From Octopus sinensis (Eukaryota): a stretch of DNA of 64,000 nt. The DNA lies in assembly GCF_006345805.1 (NCBI RefSeq), contig NW_021825821.1, forward strand, positions 62,001 to 126,000, in the 5' to 3' direction. Positions 39,388 to 50,407 of the stretch are shown here, piece by piece. Each line of letters opens with the position of its first letter. Position 1 is the stretch's first letter. A model generated the notes under the pieces. The model saw only the letters and a list, made by a program, of their open reading frames with translations. It searched no databases and had not been told where the DNA came from. The position numbers and the translations under genes are program-made.

Positions 39388-40199
39388 TAATTATAAAAAT
39401 CTTTTCGTTTCTAAAAGTTAAAAAATAAACTTTAATACGTTAATAATTTTGTCAACTCATTTATCTTTTTTGTGCAAGAAATTTAACCGTAGTTCTGCAT
39501 GAAAATTCTTATGATTCATAAGTCTACTCGCTAATCGACAATGATTCAGATATTGAGCTAACAACTGTGGCAGTCTCTACAGGGCTTTCAATCAGAAGAA
39601 TGATAAATATGTTCATTCTACGCATTCGTCCTGTCCTCGCAGTTGAACCCCTTTTATACAAAACCTTCAGTCCCTCAGCAATGTCATTATTTGTTGTGAT
39701 ATGAAAGCAAAGAGCCTGATTTGGCTAAAAAATCAATGTCTCAACATCAACATATTTCACTCGAGAGATGGAGCAGTCAATTACTTAACTGCTCTCATCA
39801 TTTCCAATTCTAAAAAATTCATCCCTGAAGGAACAATTTAAAATTTCCGCCCTAGTAAACTTCTTTGTGAAGACTCGCAAAAACTGAAACAGATAACAGG
39901 GCACCCTGCCGAATTCTCTATAGAACTGAGGAACCTAAACAAGCAAATCATCGCTGTCATACATCTGCACGCAAATTCCAAGTGGGCTGAATTTATCGCC
40001 TCAATCGACTACAGATCAAATAGCTCGACATTCTTAAGGACATGAATGGTCTGCTGTATTATTATTATTAATTGCACATCCGCAACAAGAAAGAAAGTTA
40101 CAATCTTCTCGTCGTTTGTGTCACACCCCGTAAGATTTTGTCTGTTAGACACCTCCACGCTCTTCTTGAGATTGGGATTTTTCGGAAGCTGTCTATACC

Positions 40200-40930
40200 A
40201 TTTTCAGTTCAAGTTTGACATTTTTTATACCAATTTTGAAAATGCGACGTTCAATTTTGTCACTTTTTGCATCAATTTTGACAATGCAACATTCAATACT
40301 CACCTCAATGACGTCGTGAAAAGGGCACTAGAGTCGGCAGGTTTCCTCTCCACTCTAGAGCCAGTCGGTCTCTGTCGGAGTGATGGAAAGCGTCCTGACG
40401 TGATGACTACCTTCCCTTTCAGGGAAGGCAAGTCCCTGATTTGGGATGCAACTTGTGTTGACTCGTTCTCCGCGACGATGTTACTCAAGACCATCACTAA
40501 CCCGGGTTCTGCCAGTGCTCAGGCTAAGGAGGCTAAGAGGTCGAAATATGGAAATATTTCGGACTCTTACGAGTTTGTCCCCCTCGCCTTCGAAACATCT
40601 GGAATCGTCGGCAGGTCTGCGACTCGCCTTTTTGCCGACATTGCCAGGAGAATTGCCAGGAAGACCAACGACCGGAGGGAGACGAGCTGGCTTTTCCAGC
40701 GAATCTCGGTCGCGGTGCTCCGCGGAAACTGCCACTCGATACGCAGTGCGGCGACTTTGAGCTGACCTCCAGGCTCTTTATAAACTCGTGTTAACTTTTT
40801 CATTTTACAAATTGAATTTAGTGTTTAAAAAAAAAAATTTTTTGACAATGCAATAAGCAATATTGACATTTTTTACATCGGTTTTGACAATGCGATATTC
40901 AATTTTGACATTTTTAGATCAATTTTGATA
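40200..40930. repeat. Degenerate tandem array of ttttgac(a)-containing units, interrupted by a CRE copy
   Basis: Repeated caattttgacaatgc / ttgacattttt units on both sides of 40298-40837. Confidence 0.55.
40298..40837 (+). mobile_element. CRE-clade 5'-truncated copy (subfamily of 9773-10414)
   Basis: Near-identical to the reverse complement of ~9730-10235; A-tail at about 40827-40837. Confidence 0.85.
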
Positions 40931-41015
40931 AATATTTTTATAACGGACACACATAAGGATTTTTCTATGCGGCTAAATCAAGATGAGAGTTAATAAAGAC
41001 AATTTATTAATCAGG

Positions 41016-41620
41016 TCAGGTTAATGGAATCCCAATCTTACAATTCGCAATAATTTTTTCTGCATTTCTGTAAAAATTCCGTATTTTCTCACGAGTTAGA
41101 TTTGTCATAGAATATTCTAAGGCATTTTTTAATAATAGTGCTCGAAATTCGGTCAGCGTTCCATTTCCTGCTGCATGAACATCGTTATGAGGATTATTGT
41201 GATTGGATAAATATGTCTTTATCCCAGCCTTGATAATCGAAAAACAGCCTTCGCATGGATTTAGCTGCGGAAAATATGGTGCATCAAATCTTCGAATTGT
41301 ATGTTCTAGTCTCACGCCTTCAAAATTTCCTTGTTTTCTACGGATTGGAGCATTATCCATATAAATAATAATTTCCTCTCCAGCTAAACTGTCAGATAAT
41401 GCCGTCATTTATAGATCCAATGTGTGATTCAAATCTCACAATTGTTCCATTGTCATCAATTGCCAAAATAACGTTAAGATTCACTCCTTTGCTGGCCCTT
41501 ACTGGAACTATCGCACGTGATCCTGTAAAGGATCGGCCGAATTTTTTTAACGTAAAAAGATTAACATTTGTTTCGTCCAAATGTATTTTTCTATTTGTAC
41601 TACGTTGATAATTTAATGAA
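41016..41620 (-). mobile_element. Tc1/IS630-like DDE transposase remnant
   Basis: DETNVNLF, IYMDNAP, APYFPQLNPCEGCFS. Confidence 0.7.
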
Positions 41621-42783
41621 AATATGTGACATGGGCTGCGCGATACCTATGGGCCGCGTGATACCTGACGTGACCTTGAAATGTGCAATTATGACATTGA
41701 TGGGATTAAATTATAAATCTTTTAATTAGACCGCGACTCATTCTTATCATTTAATAATTTACTAAATTAGCTAAAGACTCTCTCATTTTGACAAAAAATT
41801 GTATTTGTAGGAATTTAATTATCAGAAATTAATTTTTTTTGTGGAAAACCTAAATTCTTGAGTTATTTCTAGCGTGCAAGTATATTTTGCAGCAATGTCC
41901 TCGTACAAAGGTTATGTAAAGAATAGTTTGGAATATCAAACTTTAAAAGATGCTTTACAGGATAAATTTCCTGAACATCTTACAAAGCAAAAAAAATATA
42001 GACTAGTTAAGAAAATTGAAAATTTTACTGTAATTAATGAAAGGTATCATACAAATTGTAAATGTATAGATTGTATCTTAAATGTGCGAATTCAGATCAC
42101 AAGCTAGTGATTTGTCTAGACAATGAACCCGAAATGGAGATCGTTGCTAAAAGTTTGCATGACTTCTCGCATGGAGGAGTTAACAAAATTGAAGATGAAT
42201 GTTGACAACGATATTTCACAGTTAAAAATGAGATTATTCGAAAAGTCATTCGAAACTGTGAAATTTGTAAATTTGCGCGACCCTTAAAAGTTTTAACTTT
42301 TTTAAATCCTAGATTGGAGATATAAATAGCCATGTCTTTGCATCTTGCCCAAATGAAAGATTTCAGATAGATCTTATAGATCTGAAAAGTTTTTCTACTA
42401 TAAATAAAAATTTTAAATGGATTTTAACGGTCATTGACGTATATAGCAGGTTAGTTTTTTAACAATTTTTATAGATTTGCATTTGCGAGGCCGCTCTACA
42501 CTAAGTTCTCAAATGAAGTTTGTGAAGACCTCAGATCATTATTTTTCTTAAATGGTCCGTGTCAATTTCTTCAGTCCGATAATGGGACTGAATTCAAGAA
42601 TCGTGAAATGACCAATCTATGTGAGGAATTCAATATCAAACGAATTCACGGAAGCCAAACAATCCCCGCTCACAAGGGATTGTCGAACGCTTCAACCAGT
42701 CAATTACAAAAAAATGGCAAAAATGATCGACAATGATAATAAAAAGTGGCTGGAAAAATTAGAAAATGCAGTGTACAGTTATA

Positions 42784-45700
42784 CAGCGATACAAATAAAA
42801 AACGGAACACTCATTTTCTCGATTTTTTTCTATTGAATGATTGATCTATTTTAACAAAAATAGAATTTTTAGAAGACAAACATAACTTTAGCCTTTAAAA
42901 AAAATAAAAACAACTTATATTTCGGACCGTAATTAAATCCAGTTTTGTCCAAACAAAATAAAAAAGAGAACAAAACAAAATAAAAAAGAGAACAAAAGAG
43001 TTTTTTAAACAATTTTTTATTTTATTACACGTGTTGATTCTTGTTACATGGTTTTACAACTTACATTACAAGAAAAAGCAGAAATTATTACGTATTATAA
43101 AGTCGGAAAGTCATATCGGGAAATAAGAAATTTGACCGGAAGATCTCTGAGTGCCATCTCGAGAGTCATTCGAAACTTCACCATGAATGATTCCTTTAAG
43201 AGAAAAAAAGGCTCAGGACGAAGATTTAAACTTAACTCTGATGATCTCTGAATAATTCAACGTGAACAAAAAACTGACCTTGATTTCAATTCCGTAAAAT
43301 GTTCGGAAATTTTACGTTCTGAGACGGGAACTGCTGTCACATCACAGACAGTGAGGAACTATTTGAAAAGACTGAACATATCGACGTTTCAGCCTACGAA
43401 AAGGCCATATCTGTCGAAAAAACACAAAAAGACTAGACTTTCTCAGTGCATTAAGTGGAACATGTTGCCGAATGTGTTCTGGAATCGAGTTATCTTTAGT
43501 GATGAATCGAAATTCAATCTATTTAATCCCGATGAAAGAAAATTTGTCTGGAGAAAAAGGGGACAAAGGCTTTTAAGCAAAAATGTTACTACAACAGTCA
43601 AGTTTGGAAAAGGGAACGTAATGGTTTGGTGCGCATTTACATCGGAATGTTTTTCGGAACTTGTTTGGATAAAGGGAATTATGAATGGGAACTTATATGT
43701 AAGTATCTTGGCGGACTATTTGTTGCCTTTTTTGGAGAAAACCGGAATCCGGTCTCTAATTTATCAGCAAGATAATGATCCAAAGCACACATGCAAGGTG
43801 GCTAAAGATTTTTTTAATGAACACCGAATTGAGTTATTACAATGGCCTCCTCAAAGTCCCGATTTGAATCCAATCGAGCACGTGTGGTCCTTCATGAAAC
43901 ATAAAATAAAAGGGACTGAATTTAAAAAAAAGAGTGACCTATTTGAGGAATTAAAAAATATTTGGAATGATCTTTCAATAGAATATGCGACATCCCTTGT
44001 TGGAACAATGCGGAACAGAATTTTAGACGCAATTAATGCTCAGAGGGGTCATACTAAATTTTGAACTACCATTGTTCTCTTTTTATTTTGTTTGAAAAAA
44101 ATTTGGTTTAAATATGTGACATGGTTTGCGCGATACCTATGGTTTGCGCGTTACCTGACGTGACCTTGAAGCTTAACTTAATGTCAATATTGTAATTAAT
44201 ATTAAACTTCAAAGAATAATAACTTGTTAATTATTTTTAAGTCTGGACATTGGCACAATCGAAATTTCGCTCATCGAATTTTTTTATCTATTAAATTTAA
44301 ATGTTTAAAACCTCAACGCGATTGTTCGATAAAATACTGATAATTTCTGCAGATGGATAATATGGAGATTCAAACTTATCTAGTCGCAACGAAGGATTTG
44401 TTCCAAAGTCTTTTTTAACTCGAACCTAAACATTAATTTTTATGCATACCTTATCACCAACACTAAATTCATACTTACTATTGTGAACATTCATTGCATT
44501 TTCTAATTTTTCCAGCCACTTTTTATTATCATTGTCGATCATTTTTGCCATTTTTCTTGTAATTGACTGGTTGAAGCGTTCGACAATCCCTTGTGAGCGG
44601 GGATTGTTTGGCCTTCCGTGAATTCGTTTGATATTGAATTCCTCACATAGATTGGTCATTTCACGATTCTTGAATTCAGTCCCATTATCGGACTGAAGAA
44701 ATTGACACGGACCATTTAAGAAAAATAATGATCTAAGGTTTTCACAAACTTCATTTGAGGACTTAGTGTAGAGCGGCCTCGCAAATGCAAATCTATAAAA
44801 ATTGATAAAAAACTAACCTGCTATATACGTCAATGACCGTTAAAATCCATTAAAATTTTTATTTATAGTAGAAAAAACTTTTCAGATCTATAAGATCTAT
44901 CTGAAATCTTTCATTTGGGCAAGATGCAAAGACATGGTTATTTATATCTCCAATCTAAGATTTAAAAAAGTTAAAACTTTTAAGGGTCGCGCAAATTTAC
45001 AAATTTCACAGTTTCGAATGACTTTTCGAATAATCTCGTTTTTAACTGTGAAATATCGTTGTCGACATTCATATTCAATTTTGTTAACTCCTCCATGCGA
45101 GAAGTCATGCAAACTTTTATCAACGATCTCCATTTCGGGTTCATTGTCTAGACAAATCACTAGCTTGTGATCTGAATTCGCACATTTAAGATACAATCTA
45201 TACATTTACAATTTGTATGATACCTTTCATTAATTACAGTAAAATTTTCAATTTTCTTAACTAGTCTATATTTTTTTTGCTTTGTAAGATATTCAGGAAA
45301 TTTATCCTGTAAAGCATCTTTTAAAATTTGATATTCCAAACTATTCTTTACATAACCTTTGTACGAGGACATTGCTGCAAATATACTTGCACGCTAGAAA
45401 TAATTCAAAATTTAGGTTTTCCACCAAAAAAAAATTAATTTTCGATAATTAAATTCCTATAATATAATTTTTTGTCAAAATGAGAGAGTCTTTAGCTAAT
45501 TTAGTAAATTATTAAATGATAAGAATGAGTCGCGGTCTAATTAAAGGATTTATATTTAATCCCATCAATGTCATAATTGTACATTTCAAGGTCACGTCAG
45601 GTAACGCGCAAACCATAGGTATCGCGCAAACCATGTCACAAAATACATATTAAAATCTTTGACGTTTGGATTTTTATAAAAGGCAAAAGTTAAGATTATA

Positions 45701-45791
45701 GCTTGAAATTCGATTTTTTATTAAAATAAATCAATCATTCAATAGAAAAAAATCGAGAAAATGAGTGTTCCGTTTTTTATTTGTATCGCTG
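42784..45791 (+). mobile_element. Tc1 DD34E transposon (transposase 43048-44064, one in-frame stop)
   Basis: Long imperfect TIRs starting cagcgatacaaataaaaaacggaacac, TA TSD; FSDESKF, QQDNDPKH, 34 residues to LNPIE. Confidence 0.9.
44115..45640 (-). mobile_element. Ginger-like transposon copy B, inverted, internally deleted, nested in the Tc1 right arm
   Basis: Perfect 56-bp TIRs, 5-bp TSD aaata on both sides; near-identical to copy A with C-terminal deletion (ENA|MNVHNSK). Confidence 0.85.
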
Positions 45792-46722
45792 TAACATTTC
45801 TGTCCACTCATCTTCTAATGAGAGCCCTTTTAAAAGATACCGGGGAATAAGTGGAATAAATACAATATTTTATGGTTGTAATTATAAAATTATTCCTTAG
45901 ATAATTAAAGTAATGATTTGTTGAGTCCTGATCAAGTCGATGATGCAAACAATTGTCCGAGTCCAATTGAAAATTCATGTAATTTGAATTTCTATATGTA
46001 GATGATTGTAATTATTCGTTTACAAGTCCGAAAAGATTTCAGTTCGAAATCAACCCCATTGATCCTAATTCTAATTATTACAAAGCGATGAACAGAAAAA
46101 TGAATGTTCACAATAGTAAGTATGAATTTAGTGTTGGTGATAAAGTATGCATAAAAATTAATGTTTAGGTTCGAGTTAAAAAAGACTTTGGAACAAATCC
46201 TTCGTTGCGACTGGATAAGTTTGAATCTCCATATTATCCATCTGCAGAAATTATCAGTATTTTATCAAACAATCCCGTTGAGGTAGTTTAAACATTTAAA
46301 TTTAATAGATAAAAAATTCAATGAGCGAAATTTCGATTGTAATTAACAAGTTATTATTCTTTGAAGCTTAATATTAATTACAATATTAACATTAAGTTAA
46401 GCTTCAAGGTCACGTCAGGTATCACGCGGCCCATAGGCATCACGCAAACAATGTCACATACTAAATACCGTTTCAAATATCTTTTCGCAGAATCTCGGTC
46501 CGTCAGCAAATGCTCCGTCAAAAACGGCCGAATAATCAGCAATGACTTCACAGTGACTATCGTTGTTGCTCTGACTTCATTTTGAGATGCATTTTGTTTT
46601 GAGAAACGTCCAAATATATCACTGTCAACAATAGACAACGAAAAAGTCAACAAAATAAAAATCCATTTATAGTTACAACAAATGCATGTACTGGAATTTT
46701 CAAATAACAGTCATTCAAATAA

Positions 46723-46981
46723 CAGATTCTTACAAGATAATCAAGACTATAGAGTCATTCAGCATGTTAAGAGTCACCCAACTAGCCGAATCAGACACTA
46801 AAGCCCTCCCGGTGACTGACTTTAAAGGGTTTGTAGAAGCGACCATTAAGGAACTCAAATTGATTGACCCTGTGATTGAGGACGTGTATCGTGAGGTCTC
46901 TTCGCTGACAAACCCTCATGATGTGATGGTATTTTATGGGATACACCGTCATTGGGGCCATCCATACATTGATTGGCAGGA
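46723..46981 (+). other. Endogenous viral element: rhabdovirus-like L (RdRp) block I fragment; continues at 49967-49995
   Basis: DSYKIIKTIES..LA..F..I..V..VMVFYGIHRHWGHPYIDWQE + GLEK after removing the insertion; parallels vesiculovirus/lyssavirus L ..YGSFRHWGHPFIDY..GLEKL. Confidence 0.85.
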
Positions 46982-48458
46982 AATGAATGAATGAATGAAG
47001 TTATTGTAATTAAACAGAGAAAGAAAAGTGACAGGAATTAAGGACGGTGGATAGGACGAGACTGATGCTAAGGCATCTGAACTCTTCTGAGCTTGCGTCC
47101 AATTCATCTGTCGTGAGCCAGAGTTAATGGTGCTATGTTGCTGAATTGCTCCCTTCTAGCAGGAGCTCTTGCAGCATATCCATATCCACTCCCAGTAGGG
47201 TCAGGGCTCCTACACAACAGCGGAAGCATTCCAGTTGGGAATCTCTGTTGTGTAGGTCCTGATCCGAGAGGGGACCTCTTTGTGACAAAGCTTTGTCACG
47301 GTGGGTTTTTCTCCTCTTATGAGGGAAAGCCGAGCGGACCACTTCTGAGTTATGGCACTCATTAGTGGTTGTCTTCGAGTTTGTGATTGTGCTGGGGGCC
47401 GGCGACGTCTGAGTAGAGACATCGACTTTGGACGGACTTGGAGGAGCCGCTTTTGTCCAGACTGATTTCATCGGTTCGGCTTTTACCCAGCGTACTGGGC
47501 TTTTTGTCTGTGGGCTCTTCGCAACCCTTGAGGCTGCTGTTGCTGCTTTGGCAGACGGACATCCACCGTAGCAAGCCAAGTGCCCAGTGTTCTTGCAGTT
47601 AATGCAAGTTTTTGCAGCTGGGACACTCGGTTTCGGCTTGAAACCCGGGCAGTTTTGGTGCCTGTGTTCTTTACCGCAGAGGAGACAACGGAGTTTTTCG
47701 GAGCATCTGTAGGACGTATGTCCGAACTGATTGCAACGGAAGCATCTCGTTGCTGACGGCTTGTGCCATTCGCAGCGGATATGGCTGAAGCCCGCAGTTA
47801 TTCCAAAGCGGATGAGGGTGTTGGCCTCGGCTCTGGAATCCAGCGTGAGTCTGCCGACAGGCATGTCGGTTCCATTGCGAGAGAATCTTTCGAACTTGAA
47901 GTCCGATTCTAGACTTTCTCTCAAGTGGAGGTTAAGATCCTCTGTCGAGATCCAATGAGGGATTCCTTTAAGGACCAAGACTGAGACCTTCTCAGCTACT
48001 GAGGCAAGTTTATATGGCCGCCTTCGCCAAACATATTCGATTGAGACAGCTCTGCTTTGAAAGCAGCAGCATCCTCGGGCGAACTGAATTTTAGAATGAA
48101 GGTGCCGGACTTCTGTAAAGTTATCCGGGCTTTCGAAGCAGTTGGAGACTTGGATAGGAGGTTAAACCTCTTGATCTTTCCAAGTGCCGCGTTTTCGATA
48201 CTCAGAGAATATGTGAGGTTTGAGCTGTTAGGCTCAGTTGTCGTCTGATGGCATTGGGTCTCAATGTGTTTTTGAGTCACAGCAGGGTTCGGATGTTCGG
48301 TGGGATATTCATCTTTTATGGGTTCGCAAAAGGGCTGTGGCTTTGCCGCTGTTCGTCTTTGAACTTGGGAGCAAGCTTTGATTGATGAGAGATTTTGTTT
48401 ATTCTTGACCATTTTTTCTTTCTTTTCCTTGACCATGCAACTGGATTCTCACAGCAAA
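46982..48458 (-). mobile_element. ORF1-only non-autonomous LINE, copy 1 (2-nt frameshift near 48011)
   Basis: Gag-like ORF1 with three Cys/His knuckles; AATAAA then (TTCA)n tail; no APE/RT. Confidence 0.85.
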
Positions 48459-48471
48459 TTGATTGGCAGGA

Positions 48472-49966
48472 ATGAATGAATGAATGAAGTTTATTGTAAT
48501 TAAACAGAGAAAGAAAAGTGACAGGAATTAAGGACGGTGATAGGACGAGACTGATGCTAAGGCATCTGAACTCTTCTGAGCTTGCGTCCAATTCATCTGT
48601 CGTGAGCCAGAGTTAATGGTGGCTATGTTGCTGAATTGCTCCCTTCTAGCAGGAGCTCTTGCAGCATATCCATATCCACTCCCAGTAGGGTCAGGGCTCC
48701 TACACAACAGCGGAAGCATTCCAGTTGGGAATCTCTGTTGTGTAGGTCCTGATCCGAGAGGGGACCTCTTTGTGACAAAGCTTTGTCACGGTGGGTTTTT
48801 CTCCTCTTATGAGGGACAGCCGAGCGGACCACTTCTGAGTTATGGCACTCATTAGTGGTTGTCTTCGAGTTTGTGATTGTGCTGGGGGCCGGCGACGTCT
48901 GAGTAGAGACATCGACTTTGGACGGACTTGGAGGAGCCGCTTTTGTCCAGACTGATTTCATCGGTTCGGCTTTTACCCAGCGTACTGGGCTTTTTGTCTG
49001 TGGGCTCTTCGCAACCCTTGAGGCTGCTGTTGCTGCTTTGGCAGACGGACATCCACCGTAGCAAGCCAAGTGCCCAGTGTTCTTGCAGTTAATGCAAGTT
49101 TTTGCAGCTGGGACACTCGGTTTCGGCTTGAAACCCGGGCAGTTTTGGTGCCTGTGTTCTTTACCGCAGAGGAGACAACGGAGTTTTTCGGAGCATCTGT
49201 AGGACGTATGTCCGAACTGATTGCAACGGAAGCATCTCGTTGCTGACGGCTTGTGCCATTCGCAGCGGATATGGCTGAAGCCCGCAGTTATTCCAAAGCG
49301 GATGAGGGTGTTGGCCTCGGCTCTGGAATCCAGCGTGAGTCTGCCGACAGGCATGTCGGTTCCATTGCGAGAGAATCTTTCGAACTTGAAGTCCGATTCT
49401 AGACTTTCTCTCAAGTGGAGGTTAAGATCCTCTGTCGAGATCCAATGAGGGATTCCTTTAAGGACCAAGACTGAGACCTTCTCAGCTACTGAGGCAAGTT
49501 TATGGCCGCCTTCGCCAAACATATTCGATTGAGACAGCTCTGCTTTGAAAGCAGCAGCATCCTCGGGCGAACTGAATTTTAGAATGAAGGTGCCGGACTT
49601 CTGTAAAGTTATCCGGGCTTTCGAAGCAGTTGGAGACTTGGATAGGAGGTTAAACCTCTTGATCTTTCCAAGTGCCGCGTTTTCGATACTCAGAGAATAT
49701 GTGAGGTTTGAGCTGTTAGGCTCAGTTGTCGTCTGATGGCATTGGGTCTCAATGTGTTTTTGAGTCACAGCAGGGTTCGGATGTTCGGTGGGATATTCAT
49801 CTTTTATGGGTTCGCAAAAGGGCTGTGGCTTTGCCGCTGTTCGTCTTTGAACTTGGGAGCAAGCTTTGATTGATGAGAGATTTTGTTTATTCTTGACCAT
49901 TTTTTCTTTCTTTTCCTTGACCATGCAACTGGATTCTCACAGCAAATTGGATTCTCACAGCAAATT
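48472..49966 (-). mobile_element. ORF1-only non-autonomous LINE, copy 2 (intact 433-aa ORF 48623-49924)
   Basis: CFRCNQFGHTSYRC, CLLCGKEHRHQNC, CINCKNTGHLACYGGCP; (TTCA)n tail; 18-bp 5'-end duplication. Confidence 0.85.
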
Positions 49967-50067
49967 TTGATTGGCAGGAGGGGTTGGAAAAGTTTATATA
50001 ATAAAAAAGTATCATTCCGAAATTTTGTTGAGTAATCCAAAAAGTATCATTCAGAAATTTTTGAAGT

Positions 50068-50190
50068 TGACGGGATGACCCTTTTCCCATTTGAGAGCGG
50101 AAAAGTCCTCGTATGGGATGCAACCTGCTGGGATAGATTCTCTGCTTCACATCTAACGTCGTGTGCTCTGGAGGCTAAATCAGTTCGACT
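50068..50190 (+). mobile_element. Short CRE RLE fragment
   Basis: DGMTLFPFESGKVLVWDATCWD. Confidence 0.6.
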
Positions 50191-50407
50191 CCCTCGAGCA
50201 ACCATCTTGTTGTATAGACGTCAAAAATATTTCTGTACCAGTCTCTTGTTCTTTACAATAAAAAATTCTGTTCTGTTATTTGTCATTTTATAATATTTAT
50301 CTTGACAAAATAGATTTTGAAATAGAATTCAAATATTTTTTTTGAATTTTTTTCCAGGTCCGAAAGTATAACCACCTAGGCTCGGTACACCCTAGGCCTG
50401 TGACATA

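Larger units (their letters stand above)
41625..46458 (+). mobile_element. Ginger-like (Gypsy-integrase-related) DNA transposon, copy A, interrupted by Tc1
   Basis: 56-bp TIRs TGTGAC...GTCACA; spliced gene from 41895 with HHCC (HDFSH..CEIC), FQIDLID, QSDNGTEF, GIVERFN, YNISVHSSSNESPF; introns 42044-42069, 42290-42312, 42450-42474. Confidence 0.8.

Noticed and set aside
40200-40930. Repeat-spacer-like pattern suggesting a CRISPR array
   Set aside because: Eukaryotic context, degenerate units without unique spacers, no cas genes
42190-43255. CGA-to-TGA stops in Ginger A (copy B has CGA) and possibly Tc1 as a sign of CpG methylation of TEs
   Set aside because: Only one case is directly verifiable; too few to infer a mutational bias
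46459-46690. Possible additional viral or transposase sequence between Ginger A and the EVE
   Set aside because: No recognisable motif in any frame
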